A DNA stretch of 64,000 bases from an uncultured Gemmatimonadaceae bacterium (GTDB taxonomy: Bacteria; Gemmatimonadota; Gemmatimonadetes; Longimicrobiales; Gaopeijiaceae). Every line of letters starts with the position of its first letter. The first letter of the stretch is position 1. The notes under the pieces were generated by a model. That model searched no databases and was not told the origin of the DNA. It was given only the letters and a program-made list of their open reading frames with translations. The stretch is from NCBI GenBank assembly GCA_963790115.1, contig CAWBNF010000001.1:3446436-3510435 (forward strand), written 5' to 3'. Of this stretch, positions 29,128-40,933 are shown piece by piece. The position numbers were made by a program, and so were the translations under genes.

Positions 29128-31582
29128 CCGACGACGAAGTTCACGAGACGGTCCTTTACGTAGATCACGCGGCGCTCCTCGGCGCCTTCCAGATGCCGTG
29201 CGACGTTCTCGTCCGCGCGTGCGGCCCCGACCACGGCGGCCTCGGGGGCGCCCTTGGCCACGTCGATCGACGCGCGCAGCTTGCCGTTCACCTGCACGGC
29301 GACGGTGACGGTGCTCTCGACGGTCTTGGCCGGATCGTAGGACGGCCAGTTGGCGTCGGCAAAGATGCTCTCACGGTGACCGAGCCGCTCCCAGAGCTCT
29401 TCGGCGACGTGGGGCGCGAACGGTGCCACGAGCGGCACGAGGGGCTCGACCTCCGCCCGCACCGCGGATCGTCCGCCCGCCCGCACGGCGTTCAGGTACT
29501 CCATGAGCGCCGCGATCGCGGTGTTGTACTGAAGCGTGGGGATCTGCTCGGTCACCTGACGGATCGTCTGGTGCAGCTTCCGCTCGACGTCCTCGTCGAT
29601 CTCGCCCTCGGTCGCGGCCACGACCGAGTCCCAGAGCCGGTGCAGGAAGCCGAACGGCCCCTGGATGCCGTCGTAGCGATAGTCTCCGCCCTCCTCGAAG
29701 GGCCCCATGAACATGAGGTACGTGCGCAGCGTGTCCGCACCGTACTCCTCGATCACCGGATCCGGGACGATCACGTTGCCTTTGCTCTTCGACATCTTGG
29801 CGCCCTCGGCGATGATGAGGCCGTGCGCGCGGAAGACCGTGAACGGCTCCTCGAAGGCCAGGTGGCCGAGGTCGTGGAGCACCATCGTCAGGAAGCGCGA
29901 GTAGAGCAGGTGGAGCACCGCGTGCTCCTGGCCGCCGATGTACATGTCGACCGGGAGCCACTTGCTTGGTGATCTCCGGATCGAACGGGCGGTCGTCGAA
30001 GTCCGTGGACGGATAGCGCAGGAAGTACCAGCCCGAGTCCAGGAACGTGTCGGAGACGTCCGTCTCGCGACGCGCCGGGCCGCCGCACTTCGGGCACGTC
30101 GTGACGTACCACTCCTCGATGCGGGCCAGCGGGCTCACGCCCGAGTCGTCCGGCTTGAAGTCCTCGACCCGCGGCAGCACCACCGGGAGATCGTTCTCGG
30201 GCACCGGCACCGCTCCGCACGCCTCGCAGTGGACGATCGGGATCGGCGGGCCCCAATAGCGCTGGCGCGAGATGCACCAGTCGTGCAGCCGGTAGTTCAC
30301 CTGGGCCTCGCCCCACCCGTTCTCGGCGGCCCACGCGGTGACCATCGCGGACCGACTCGGACACGTCCGTGCCGTCGAAGGGTCCGGAGTTCACGAGCGT
30401 GCCCGGTCCCGACGTAGGCCTCCTCGAGCGGCGTATCGGGCGCCGTCGCCGGGACCGGCGACGACCCGCACGATCGGCAGCTCGAACTGCTTGGCGAACT
30501 CGAAGTCGCGCTGGTCGTGTGCCGGGCACCGCCATGATGGCGCCCGTGCCGTATCCCATGAGGACGTAGTCGGCGACCCAGATCGGAATCGTGTCGCCGG
30601 TGGCCGGGTTGCGGCAGTACCCGCCCGTCGACACGCCGGTCTTCGTCTTGTCGACCTTCTGCCGGGCGACGAGGTCCTTCTGGCGTGCCTTGTCCTGGTA
30701 CGCGTACACGGGCGCCCGCAGGCCCGGCTCGGTCACCGTCTCCACCAGAGGATGCTCGGGCGACAGGACCATGTAGGTCGCGCCGAAGACGGTGTCCGGG
30801 CGGGTCGTGTAGACCTCGATGATCGTGCTCGTGTCCTTTCCGTCGGCGTCCACCACGGGGAACTCGAGGCGAGCGCCCTCGCTGCGGCCGATCCAGTTCG
30901 CCTGGGCCTTCTTGGTCTTCTCCGACCAGTCGATGCGATCGAGGTTCTCGAGCAGGCGCTCGGCGTACTTCGTGATCTTGAAGAACCACTGCGCGATGCG
31001 TCGTTGCTCGACCGCCGTGCCGCACCGCTCGCACGCTCCGCCGATGACCTGCTCGTTGGCGAGCACCGTCTTGCACGAGGGGCACCAGTTGACCGGCGCT
31101 TCCTTCCGCTCGGCGAGTCCCGCCTCGAAGAGCTGCAGGAAGACCCACTGCGTCCACTTGTAGTAGGCCGGATCGGTCGTGTCGACGGAGTGCTCCCAGT
31201 CGAACATGCCGCCGATCCGCTTCAGCTGCCGCGTGAAGTTCGCGACGTTCGACGGGATCAGGTCCATCGGGTTCCTGCCGACCTTCAGCGCGAAGTTCTC
31301 CGAGTGGATCCCGAAGGCGTCGAAGCCCATCGGCTCGAATACGGTCCGTCCCCGGAGCCGCTGATAGCGGCCGTGCACGTCCGCGCCCGTGAACGCGTAG
31401 ATGTTGCCCACGTGGAGCCCCTCTGCGGAGGGGTAGGGAAACATCATGAGGTTGTAGAACGGCGCTTCCGGCGAGATCAGCTGCTCGACGGTAAACGAGT
31501 TCGTGTGGCGCTCCTCCCAGAGGCGCTGCCACTTCCTTTCTACGGTCGACGGGTCGTAACCGTCCCTGTCTTCGTTTACCAT
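29124..31582 (-). pseudogene. leuS: Leucyl-tRNA synthetase, several frameshifts
   Basis: The fragments are ORFs 29888..31582 (FYNLMMFPYPSAEGLHVGN, WCPSCKTVLANEQV), 29371..30345 ([16 protein letters not shown]) and 29124..29945 (KMSKSKGN). The shifts are near 30535, 30420-30350 and 29950. Confidence 0.92.
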
Positions 31583-31694
31583 TCCTCGGCGGTGCCTTCC
31601 CGGATCGACGTCTCTTTCATGGGTCGGGTGGGCAAAGACTGGCTAACCTAAGCGGGGGAGCAAGGGGCCCCAAGGGGTCCCGACGTGGCACTCC

Positions 31695-33451
31695 ATGGCG
31701 AATACGAGATCGAAGAAGATATCGGGCGCTAGCCTCAGGCACGCGTTTCAGGAGATCATCTGGCCACGCAGGAAGCTCGTCGCCCTGGGCCTGGTCCTGA
31801 TCCTCATCAACCGCCTGGCGAGCCTGGTCCTGCCGTACTCCAGCCGCTACGTCATCGACGACGTGATCGGCAACGGCGACGTCCACCTGCTCTATACGCT
31901 GGTCGGGCTCGTGGGCGGAGCGATCGCCGTCCAGGCCGCCACGTCCTATTCGCTCGTGCTCCTGCTCAGCGTGGAGGCCCAGAACCTCATCGCGCAGCTC
32001 CGCTCGGAGGTGCAGCGCCACGTGCTCCACCTGCCGGTGCGGGTCTTCGACAACACCAAGTCGGGCGAGCTCGTGTCGCGCATCATGGATGACGTCGAGG
32101 GCGTCCGGAACCTCGTCGGCACCGGGCTGGTGCAGCTGGTGGGCGGCGTGCGTCACCGCGATCGTCGTGCTGTTCATCCTGATCCGCGTCGACGCGATCA
32201 TGACCGCGCTGGTCCTGGTCCCGCTCGCCGGCTTCGGGTTCGTGTCGACGAAGGCGTTCGCGAGGCTGCGGCCGGCGTTCAGGGAGCGTGGGCAGATCCG
32301 CGCCGAGGTGACCGGCCGGCTGACCGAGGCGCTCGGAGGCATCCGGGTCATCAAGGGGTTCCACGCCCTCGAGAAGGAGGGCGAGATCTTCCACACCGGC
32401 GTCATGCGCATCTTCGAGAACGTGAAGACGACGCTCACGACGTCGAGCCTGGTCACGAGCCTCGGAACCTTCTTCATGGGGCTCGCCGGCGTGCTCATCC
32501 TCGGATACGGCGGCTGGGGCATCCTGCACGGCCGACCTCACCGTGGGCGAGCTGGTGTCGTTCACGCTCTTCCTCGGCTTCCTGATCGCGCCCGTGGTGC
32601 AGATGGCGAACATCGGGACGCAGATGACCGAGGCGTTCGCCGGACTCGACCGGACGGCCGAGGTGCTCTCGTGGCCGGAGGAGGACGACGACCCGCTCCG
32701 CATCGAGACGATGCCGCGAATCGAGGGCCACATGCGCTTCGAGGACGTGTACTTCGCCTACGAGGAGGACAAGCCGGTCCTGAAAGGCATCGACTTCGAG
32801 GCGCCGCCCGGGACGGTGATCGCGCTGGTCGGGAGCTCGGGGTCGGGCAAGTCGACGATCGCCGGACTCGCCGCCACCTTCCTCGAACCCGATGAAGGTC
32901 GGGTGCTCGTGGACGGCGTCGACCTCCGCACGGTCAAGCTCGCGACGTACCGGGAGCAGCTCGGCCTGGTCTTCCAGGACGACTTCCTCTTCGACGGCAC
33001 GATCCGCGAGAACCTGCGCTTCGCGCGCCCGAGCGCGACGGACGCCGAGATCGAGGAGGCGGCGGACAAGGCCTACGTGTCGGAGTTCACGAAGCGCTTC
33101 CCCGACGGCCTCGACACGATCATCGGCGAGCGAGGAGTGAAGCTCTCGGGTGGGCAGCGGCAACGTGTGACGATCGCGCGAGCGCTGCTCGCGAACCCGC
33201 GGATCCTGCTGCTCGACGAGGCGACCTCCAGCCTGGACACGCAGAGCGAGGCGCTCATCCAGAAGAGCTTGAGCGATCTGCTGCGCGGGCGGACGACGGT
33301 CGTGATCGCGCACCGGCTGTCCACCATCCAGCGGGCCGACCTGATCCTGGTGATCGAGGACGGGCGCATCGTGGAGCGGGGACGTCACGAGGAGCTGATG
33401 GAGAAGCACGGCCGTTACCACGAGCTCTACACGGTGCAGGCGAGGATCTAG
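31695..33451 (+). pseudogene. ABC exporter, fused permease/ATPase (MsbA-like family), two frameshifts
   Basis: The fragments are ORFs 31695..32585, 32089..32895 and 32543..33451, with +1 shifts near 32150 and 32530. Walker A GSSGSGKST, signature LSGGQRQR, Walker B ILLLDEATS. Confidence 0.85.
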
Positions 33452-33475
33452 TCGCCGCGACCCGCCAGGGCAGGG

Positions 33476-34027
33476 TCAGGCGCTGTCCAGCTCGCCGAAC
33501 ACCTTCTGCTCGCACTCGGGGCACATGCCGTGCGTGATGCGGCTCTGACTCGTGTTTTCCAGGTAGGCCTCGAGCGGCTGCCACTCGCCGTCCTCCGTGC
33601 GGACCTTCTTGCACCAGGCGCACACGGGAAGGAGGCTGCGCAGCATGTCGAGCTCCTGCTCGGCGAGCTGCCGCTCCGTCACGTTCCGCGTCACGATGGC
33701 GACGGCGGTGGTGCGGCCGCCGCGAACGAGGGGGATCATCGAGCCCTCGTACCAGAGCGCCTCGCCGTTGGGGCCGACGACCTCGGTCAGGACGGACGCC
33801 GGCTCCATGGTCTCGAAGACCTGGTCGAGGAGCCGCACGTGCTCCTCGCGCTCGCTCTCCGCGATGAACTGGGACACGTGCGCTCCAGTGACCTCGTCGA
33901 TGTCGTAGCCCGGCTCCACGCGGCTGATGAACTGGATCGTCCGGTCCGGTCCGACCAGGAGCACGATGTCGGGCAGCGCGGCGAAGAGCTCCCGCAGGAT
34001 GTCCGCATCAGGGCGCACCGGGGTCAT
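33476..34027 (-). CDS. PAS-domain protein with a C-terminal CxxC...HGxCPxC cysteine motif
   Basis: ORF 33476..34027 is intact. It has a PAS-like core followed by LPVCAWCKKVRTEDGEWQPLEAYLENTSQSRITHGMCPECEQKV. Confidence 0.7.
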   Translation of the reverse strand: MTPVRPDADILRELFAALPDIVLLVGPDRTIQFISRVEPGYDIDEVTGAHVSQFIAESEREEHVRLLDQVFETMEPASVLTEVVGPNGEALWYEGSMIPLVRGGRTTAVAIVTRNVTERQLAEQELDMLRSLLPVCAWCKKVRTEDGEWQPLEAYLENTSQSRITHGMCPECEQKVFGELDSA

Positions 34028-35127
34028 CCTTCGCTCCTGGGCAGCATGTCGAACGGATCCTGAACGTCCTTCGCGCGACGCTTGAGATCCTCGAGCGTGG
34101 CCATCAGGCTTCCGTCATGCCGTTCCAGCAGCGCCTCGAAGTCGGCCAGGCGATTGTAGTATCGGATGCGCGAGAGGAGCGTCGCGTTGTTCAGGGGCGT
34201 GTCCCGAAAGCCCGTGAAGCCGATCTGCTCGAACGTCGGAGCGACGTCGGAGTCGAAGCGCGCGAGCGCCTCGGTGAAGATCTCCTCTCGGCGCTCGACC
34301 TTCTGGTCGGACGAGAGATCCGGCCGCGCGTAGAGGCGCTCGAGGGTCGGCACCCAGCTGTCCATGAACTCGCTGAAGCGTTGGTAGTCGCGCCACCGTG
34401 CACGTGCCCTCAGACACTTCACCGAATCGGGCCCGCTTCCGGGTCGCGTGCAGAAGAACTGGATGGCGCCCACGCGCCCCGCGAACGTCGCGAAGCTCTC
34501 GTTGAAGTCGACGTGCCCGGGCACGAACAGGTACTGATGGGACAGCTCGTGAAGCACGGACTGCACCACCTCGACGTCGTCGCCCTCGAGCAGCGTCGAC
34601 AGCACCGGGTCGTTGAACCATCCGAGCGTGCTGAACGCCGAGGTCGGGCGCACGTACGTGTCGTAGCCCTCCTCTTGCAGATCGGCGGCCGCCGAGAGGG
34701 CGTCGTCCTTGGAGAAGAACCCCCGGTACGGCACCCGGCCCACGATCGGGAACCACCAGGTGACCGGGGCCAGGACGTCCTTGGGCGCCGCGGAGACGAC
34801 GAGCGCCAGCGTGTCGCGGTCCAGCTGCGTGTACATCGTGTACGAATCACCCACGTCGATTCCAAGGGAATCCGCCGCGAAGCGACGGGCCTCGACGATG
34901 TACGCGAGCTTGCCCCGCGTGTCCGGGTCGGTGGTCGAGTCGTTGAGAACCTGCGGGATGGGGCGTCGGGCGCGGAGGATGTGCGCCTCGGCGAAGCCCG
35001 CCTTGATCACGTACACGGGTGAGCAGGCCGTGCAGCTGGTGACGAGGCCGACCACGGCGACCGCGAGGAGCGCGGCGATCCAGCGCGGGCGACGCCGTCG
35101 ACCGGGACGCGACTCTTCTGTGTCCAT
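34024..35127 (-). CDS. Predicted aminopeptidase (DUF2265/PF10023-like), lipoprotein
   Basis: ORF 34024..35127 has a lipobox-like LVTSCTAC, then WWFPIVGRVPYRGFF and the zinc-site-like HELSHQ. It overlaps the start of the downstream PAS gene. Confidence 0.65.
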   Translation of the reverse strand: MDTEESRPGRRRRPRWIAALLAVAVVGLVTSCTACSPVYVIKAGFAEAHILRARRPIPQVLNDSTTDPDTRGKLAYIVEARRFAADSLGIDVGDSYTMYTQLDRDTLALVVSAAPKDVLAPVTWWFPIVGRVPYRGFFSKDDALSAAADLQEEGYDTYVRPTSAFSTLGWFNDPVLSTLLEGDDVEVVQSVLHELSHQYLFVPGHVDFNESFATFAGRVGAIQFFCTRPGSGPDSVKCLRARARWRDYQRFSEFMDSWVPTLERLYARPDLSSDQKVERREEIFTEALARFDSDVAPTFEQIGFTGFRDTPLNNATLLSRIRYYNRLADFEALLERHDGSLMATLEDLKRRAKDVQDPFDMLPRSEG

Positions 35128-35130
35128 CGC

Positions 35131-35325
35131 CTACTCCCCTACGTACACGCGGTCGTCCGGATCGACCGCGAGCCTGACCTCGACCAGATCGGCGTTGCCG
35201 GCGATCTCCGTGGGCATCAGCGAGGCGGCCGTCTCCAACGCCGACCGGGCGTCGTCGGCGTCGAGCGCGTACGTGTGGTAGCGCTGCGCTCGCGCCCCGT
35301 ATCGAACGGTGACCTGAAACCTCAT
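35131..35325 (-). CDS. Small hypothetical protein (64 aa)
   Basis: ORF 35131..35325 ends 4 nt before the aminopeptidase start, on the same strand. I recognise no family. Confidence 0.45.
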   Translation of the reverse strand: MRFQVTVRYGARAQRYHTYALDADDARSALETAASLMPTEIAGNADLVEVRLAVDPDDRVYVGE

Positions 35326-35370
35326 ACCATCAATCTACCGAGCGGCTCCCTACGTACCTATGCTGGCTCG

Positions 35371-36673
35371 ATGAGCTCGGTTCCCATCGTATATCGGCTG
35401 GCGGTCGCCACCACCCGCCTCGCGTCGCCTCTGGTGTCGCGGGGCGGGGGCAAGCTGGCGCGCGGCGTGCGGGGGAGGAGGCACGCCCACGAGACGCTGG
35501 CGTCGTGGGGAGCAAGCCGGAGCGCGGGCGCTCCGGCGGCGTGGTTCCACGCGCCGAGCGTGGGCGAGGGGCTGCAGGCGGGGGCGGTGGTCGCGGCCCT
35601 CCGGGAGCGTCGGCCGGACCTCCAGGTGGTCTTCACGCACTTCTCGCCCTCGGCCGAAGGCCTCGGCGCGCGCATCGGCGCGGACGTCGAGGCGTACCTG
35701 CCGTGGGACGTCCCGTCCCTCGTCAAGCAGGCGCTCGACGGGGTGCGCCCGGACCTGCTCGCGTTCACCAAGACCGAGGTATGGCCCGTGCTCGTCGACG
35801 AGTCCGTGCGCCGCGACGTGCCGGTCGTCATGGTCGGCGGCTCGGTGCCGCCCGGGGCGGGACGGGCGCGGTGGCCGGCGCGCGCCGCGCTCCGGCGCAC
35901 GTGGGCCCGGCTCACGCTCGTCTGCGCGATCGCCGACGCGGACGCGGAGGGCTTCGTGGAGCTGGGGGTCCCCCGGGAGCGTGTGCGGACGACCGGAGAC
36001 CCTGCGATCGACTCCGCGATTCGCCGTCTCGGAGGAGGTAGACCCTTCGGCGCCGTATCTGGCGCCCTTCCACCGCGAGCCCCGTCCGACGGTGGTCGCC
36101 GGGTCGACGTGGCCCGCCGACGAGACGGTGCTGATGCCGGCGATGGCAAAGGTGCGCCGGCGGATTCCCGACGTGCGCATGGTCATCGCTCCGCACGAGC
36201 CGCGGGCGGAAGTCGTCTCCGGCCTGATCGACCGCCTGCGCTCGCTCGAGTGGAAGGCCCGGCCCTTGTCGGCCGTGGAGGCGAGGGGCTCGCCCGGCGA
36301 CGCGGGCGCGATCGTCGTGGACTCCGTGGGCCAGCTCGCACATTTGTACTCGGTGGGAGACGTCGCGTACGTCGGCGGCGGCTTCGGTAGGGCGGGGCTG
36401 CACTCCGTCCTGGAGCCGGCGGCGGCGGGGGTTCCGTGCGTGTTCGGGCCCCGCCACCGCAGCGCGCGTGCGGCTGCAGGGCTCGTGGCGGCCGGTGGCG
36501 CACGAATTGCAGCGAATGCGGAGGCCCTGACCGACGCGCTGACGAGCTGGCTCGCCGACGCCGATACACGTAACCGCGCTTCGGAACGCGCGTTACACTA
36601 TATTGACGCCCATCGCGGTGCCGCCTCGAGGACGGCGGAATTGCTCGACCCCCTGATGAAGCGCGACGCATGA
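35371..36673 (+). pseudogene. waaA: 3-deoxy-D-manno-octulosonic-acid (Kdo) transferase, one frameshift
   Basis: From ATG 35371: IVYRLAV...WFHAPSVGEGLQA...VFTHFSPSA (ORF 35275..36390). After a +1 shift near 36030 it continues in ORF 35981..36673 (VVAGSTWPADE...IAPHEP...VGGGFGRAGLHSVLEPAA.GVP). Confidence 0.8.
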
Positions 36674-37002
36674 GCCGAGTGCCCGAAATCACGCCCACCG
36701 AGCTGAAATCCCGCATCGACGCCGGGGACGTTCCCGTGCTGGTCGATGTCCGGGAGTACTACGAGGCCGACATTGCCGACTTGCCGGAGCTCGGGCAGCT
36801 GCGAATCCCGACGGCGGAGTTCGTCGCGCGGATGGAGGAGCTGGATCCGGGGAGCGAGATCGTCATCTATTGCCGGAGTGGGCGTCGTAGCGAGTGGGCC
36901 GCCCGCATTTTGATGGACCGGGGCTACGAGCACGTGATCAACCTGAAGGACGGCGTTCTCGGCTGGCGCGAGGAAGTCGATCCGGACCTTCCGAAGTACT
37001 GA
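36670..37002 (+). CDS. Rhodanese-domain sulfurtransferase
   Basis: ORF 36670..37002 has the active-site loop IYCRSGRRS. Its ATG overlaps the waaA stop. Confidence 0.8.
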   Translation: MSRVPEITPTELKSRIDAGDVPVLVDVREYYEADIADLPELGQLRIPTAEFVARMEELDPGSEIVIYCRSGRRSEWAARILMDRGYEHVINLKDGVLGWREEVDPDLPKY

Positions 37003-37018
37003 CGGGGAGAGCCCTCGA

Positions 37019-38488
37019 ATGCCAATGCGCATCGCAGGCGCTGCGATTGCGTCGCTGCTCGCGGCCTCCGCGGCTTGTGACGCCGGACCCCGCGCGGGGG
37101 CCGGAGGATCGCTGGCCCAAAGCGTGACCCCGGTGGCTGCCCACGCGTCCGCGGTGGAGACCCCTGCCACCGCTCCGGGCACCGAGCCCGGGAGCCGCGC
37201 GGCGCGCGCCGAGCCGGCCCAGTCCGCCGGCGAGCGGTCGAGCGACGCCGCAGACGCAGCCGTGGCCGCTCCACCGCCCGCCGCGACCACGCCGCCGCCG
37301 GCGGACCGTCGCGATTCTGCCGATGCCGAGCTTCCGGCCCCGCGCTTTCCGAGGCCGAAGAACGTGCGCGGGCTGTACGTGAACGCCTGGGCGGCCGGAT
37401 CCGCCAAGCGGATGCAGACGCTCCTGGGCATCGCGCGGCGCACGGAAGTGAACTCGTTCGTGATCGACATCAAGGACGCCAGCGGCTACGTCAGCCACCG
37501 CACGGAGGTGCCGCTCGCACACGAGATCGGCGCGTCGGACGACGTTCGCATCGACGACTTGCCGGCGCTGCTCGACACGCTTCAGGCCGAGGGCATCTAT
37601 CCGATCGCCCGCATCGTGATCGTCCGGGATCCGATCCTCGCGACGTATCGGCCCGAGCTGGCGGTCAACGACACGGCGGGCGGCGTATGGATCGACGGAA
37701 AGGGGCTCACCTGGCTGAACCTGAACGCGAAAGGCGTCTGGGACTACCACGTCGCTCTCGCGCGCGAGGTGGCGAAGCTGGGCTTCCCCGAGATCCAGTT
37801 CGACTACGTGCGCTTCCCCGACGCTCCGCCGGAGGACCTGGACCGCGCGGTGTTCCCGGGAGCCGACGGACGCCCTAAGACCGAGGTGATCCGGGGCTTC
37901 CTGCAGTACGCGAAGAGCCAGCTCGCCGACCTCGGCGTGCAGCTGACCGCCGACGTGTTCGGGGTGACCACCTCGGCCACGCGCGACGTCGGGATCGGTC
38001 AGAAGTGGGAGTCGTTCATCGACGTCGTGGACGTGGCGCAGCCGATGGTGTATCCCAGCCACTACTGGCAGGGCAGCTTCGGCTACGAGGTTCCGAACGC
38101 GCACCCGTACGAGATCGTGCGACGGGCGCTCCGCGACGCCATGCGCCGCTCGGCCGAGGTGCCGGGCGCGGGCCGAACCCGGCCCTGGCTCCAGGACTTC
38201 AGCCTCGGCAAGCCCATCTACGCCGCGGCGGAGGTGCGGGCTCAGATCCAGGCGACCTACGACGCCGGGATCACGGAGTGGATCCTCTGGAACCCGGGCA
38301 GCCGCTACACCGAGGCCGCGCTCGAGCCCGTCGACGGCTTCGAGCGAGAGCCGTACATCCGCGTCGCGGGTGTCCTTACGCCCGTGTCGCGCCGGCTCAT
38401 CGTGCTCGACTCGGTGGCTGCGCTTCCGCCCCCGCCGCCGAGCCCCGCCGCCGACTCGCTGGTCGCGGAGCCGGCGGACAACCAGTAG
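37019..38488 (+). CDS. Putative glycoside hydrolase (GHL/DUF4015-like), secreted or lipoprotein
   Basis: ORF 37019..38488 is intact, with a signal/lipobox-like LLAASAAC and an Ala/Pro-rich linker. Then VRGLYVNAWAAGS...NSFVIDIKD..G...EIQFDYVRFP...VYPSHY resembles the COG1306 family. Confidence 0.6.
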   Translation: MPMRIAGAAIASLLAASAACDAGPRAGAGGSLAQSVTPVAAHASAVETPATAPGTEPGSRAARAEPAQSAGERSSDAADAAVAAPPPAATTPPPADRRDSADAELPAPRFPRPKNVRGLYVNAWAAGSAKRMQTLLGIARRTEVNSFVIDIKDASGYVSHRTEVPLAHEIGASDDVRIDDLPALLDTLQAEGIYPIARIVIVRDPILATYRPELAVNDTAGGVWIDGKGLTWLNLNAKGVWDYHVALAREVAKLGFPEIQFDYVRFPDAPPEDLDRAVFPGADGRPKTEVIRGFLQYAKSQLADLGVQLTADVFGVTTSATRDVGIGQKWESFIDVVDVAQPMVYPSHYWQGSFGYEVPNAHPYEIVRRALRDAMRRSAEVPGAGRTRPWLQDFSLGKPIYAAAEVRAQIQATYDAGITEWILWNPGSRYTEAALEPVDGFEREPYIRVAGVLTPVSRRLIVLDSVAALPPPPPSPAADSLVAEPADNQ

Positions 38489-38503
38489 GCGTCTTCCCCG
38501 TCG

Positions 38504-40313
38504 TCAGGCCCGCTGTGCCACGGCGGGCGCGAACTGCAGCTCGTAGAGCCGAGCGTACAGACCGTTCGCTTCGAGAAGCTGCTCGTGCGTTCCTTGCTCC
38601 CGCACCGCGCCGTGATGGAGCACCACGATCCGATCTGCGTTCTGCACCGTGGAGAGACGGTGCGCGATGACGAGCGACGTGCGACCGTGGAGCAGCTCGT
38701 CGGTGGCCGCCTCGATACGCTCCTCGATCTCCGAATCGACCGAGCTGGTCGCCTCGTCCAGAACGAGGACGTCGGGGTCGAACGCCAGCGCGCGCGCGAA
38801 GCTGACGAGTTGGCGCTCGCCTACGGAGAGCGTCGCGCCGCGCTCGCCCAGCGGGTGCTCGTACCCGTCCGAGAAGCGCTCGATGAACGACGACGCGCCG
38901 ACCCGCTCCGCCGCGGCACGCACCTGCTCGGGGGCGATGTCCGGAGAGCCCAGGCGAACGTTGTAGCCGATGTCCTGGCTGAAGAGGAACACATCCTGAA
39001 GGACGAGGCCGATACGCGAGCGGAGGTCGTGGACGCGCACGCGGTCGATAGGGATCCCGTCGACCACGACACGTCCGCGCGTGGGGTCGTAGAACCGCAT
39101 CAAGAGGTTGATGAGCGTGGTCTTGCCCGCCCCGGTGTGCCCGACGATCGCGACCTTCTCGCCGGGCTCGACGTTCAGGCTGACGTCGCGCAGCACCCAG
39201 TCCGGCTCGCCGTGCTCGTCTGAGCCGTACGCGAACCAGACGCCCTCGAACGCGATCCGCCCCTGCGTGGGGACCGGCATGGGCACGGGGTCCGGCAGGG
39301 TCCGTGATGGCGATCGGATGATCGAGCAGCCTGAACACGCGCTCGGATGAGGCCATCGCCGCCTGCAGCAGGTTGTACTTCTCGGACAGATCCTGGATCG
39401 GCTGGAAGAATCGGCGCGCGTACTGCAGGAACGCCGCGATCACGCCCACCGAGATCGCCCCCTCGAGGCTCCTGACGCCGCCGTACCAGATGATCAGCGC
39501 CAGCGCCAACGACGTGAAGAGCTGGATGATCGGGAAGAAGAGCGCGTAGTAGGTGATCGACCTGAGATGCGCCTGCAGGTGGTCCTCGTTCAGCGCCGCC
39601 AGGCGAGCCGCGTCGGCCTTCTCCCTGTTGAAGAGCTGGACGATGCGGATGCCCGTGAAGCGCTCGTGCATGTACGCGTTCACGCGCGCGATCCGGACAC
39701 GGATGTCGCGGTACGCCGTGCGGATCCTGGCACGGAACAGGAAGGCCGCGACGAAGACCAGCGGGAGCACGCTGAACGTGACCAGCGCGAGCTGCCAGTT
39801 CATCCGCAGCATCGCGGCGACGATGAAGACGAGCGTGAACACGTCTCCGAACACCGTGACCACGCCCGAGCTGAAGAGCTCGTTGAGCGTCTCCACGTCG
39901 TTGGTGATGCGGGTCATCAGGCGTCCGATCGGGTTCTTGTCGTAGAACTTGAGATCGGTGCGCTGAAGCTTGGTGAAGATCTCCCTGCGGAGGTCGTACA
40001 TCACCGACTGGCCCAGCCAGGTGGTGATGATCGCCTGTGCGTAATCGAAGACGAACCCCAGGACCACGGTCCCGAAGAAGGCGGCGGCGAGGATGCCGAT
40101 GTAATGGACGTCGCCCGAAGGGATCGCGTCGTCGATCACCACCTGCGTGATCCACGGCCCGACGACTTGCATCCCCGCCGCCAGCAGCAGGACCACGAGC
40201 GCGAGCGCGACCTGCCTCCAATAGGGGCGGAGATACTGGAGCAGGCGACGCATGAGGCGGGCGTCGTACGCCTTTCCCAGCGCCTCCTCTTCGTGGAACC
40301 CGACTTCGCTCAT
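38504..40313 (-). pseudogene. ABC exporter, fused permease/ATPase, one frameshift
   Basis: ORF 38397..40313 holds the permease half. After a +1 shift near 39290, ORF 38504..39286 holds the ATPase half: Walker A GHTGAGKTT, signature LSVGERQL, Walker B VLVLDEATS. The ATG overlaps the hisIE stop (ATGA). Confidence 0.85.
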
Positions 40314-40933
40314 GCGCGCTCTTCCAGCTCCTCGAGCAAGGCGGTCACGTCCAGACCCTCGGCGCGGAGCGCCACCAGGAGATGGTACAGCAGATCCGCG
40401 GCCTCCTCCACCGAGCGGACCGTGTCGCCCTTGGCGAGCGCGGCCACGAGCTCCGCGGTCTCCTCGCCCAGCTTCTTGAGCCTCAGGTTCTCGTCGTCCA
40501 GCAGACGCACCGTGTACGAGCCCTCGGGACGCTCCGCCGCCCTGGAGGCGAGCGTCTCCGCGAGGCGCGGCAGGACCGAAAACGGCGAGGACGTCCCCTC
40601 GCCGAAGCAGGACCGCTCGCCGGTGTGGCAGGTCGGGCCGGCGGGGGTGACGCGCGCCAGGACCGTGTCACCGTCGCAGTCCGCGTGCAGCGACTCGAGC
40701 GCGAGCGTGTGGCCGCTCGTCTCTCCCTTTCGCCAGAGCTGCTCGCGGGAACGGGACCAGAAGTGCACCTGCCGCGTCTCGAGCGTCTTCTGCAGGGCGA
40801 GCCGGTTGGCGTACCCGAGCATGAGCACGTCTCCGGTCCGTGCGTCCTGCGCGACGAGAGGCAGCAGTCCGCCACCACGCTCGAAGTCGAGCGCGTCCAG
40901 CGCCGCGACCGTGGAAAGCGATCGGTCTGTCAT
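40310..40933 (-). CDS. hisIE: Bifunctional phosphoribosyl-AMP cyclohydrolase / phosphoribosyl-ATP pyrophosphatase
   Basis: ATG 40933 inside ORF 40310..41335. [18 protein letters not shown]...HFWSRSR..LW.KGETSGH...DCDGD is the HisI part. [12 protein letters not shown]...[11 protein letters not shown] is the HisE part. Confidence 0.9.
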   Translation of the reverse strand: MTDRSLSTVAALDALDFERGGGLLPLVAQDARTGDVLMLGYANRLALQKTLETRQVHFWSRSREQLWRKGETSGHTLALESLHADCDGDTVLARVTPAGPTCHTGERSCFGEGTSSPFSVLPRLAETLASRAAERPEGSYTVRLLDDENLRLKKLGEETAELVAALAKGDTVRSVEEAADLLYHLLVALRAEGLDVTALLEELEERA

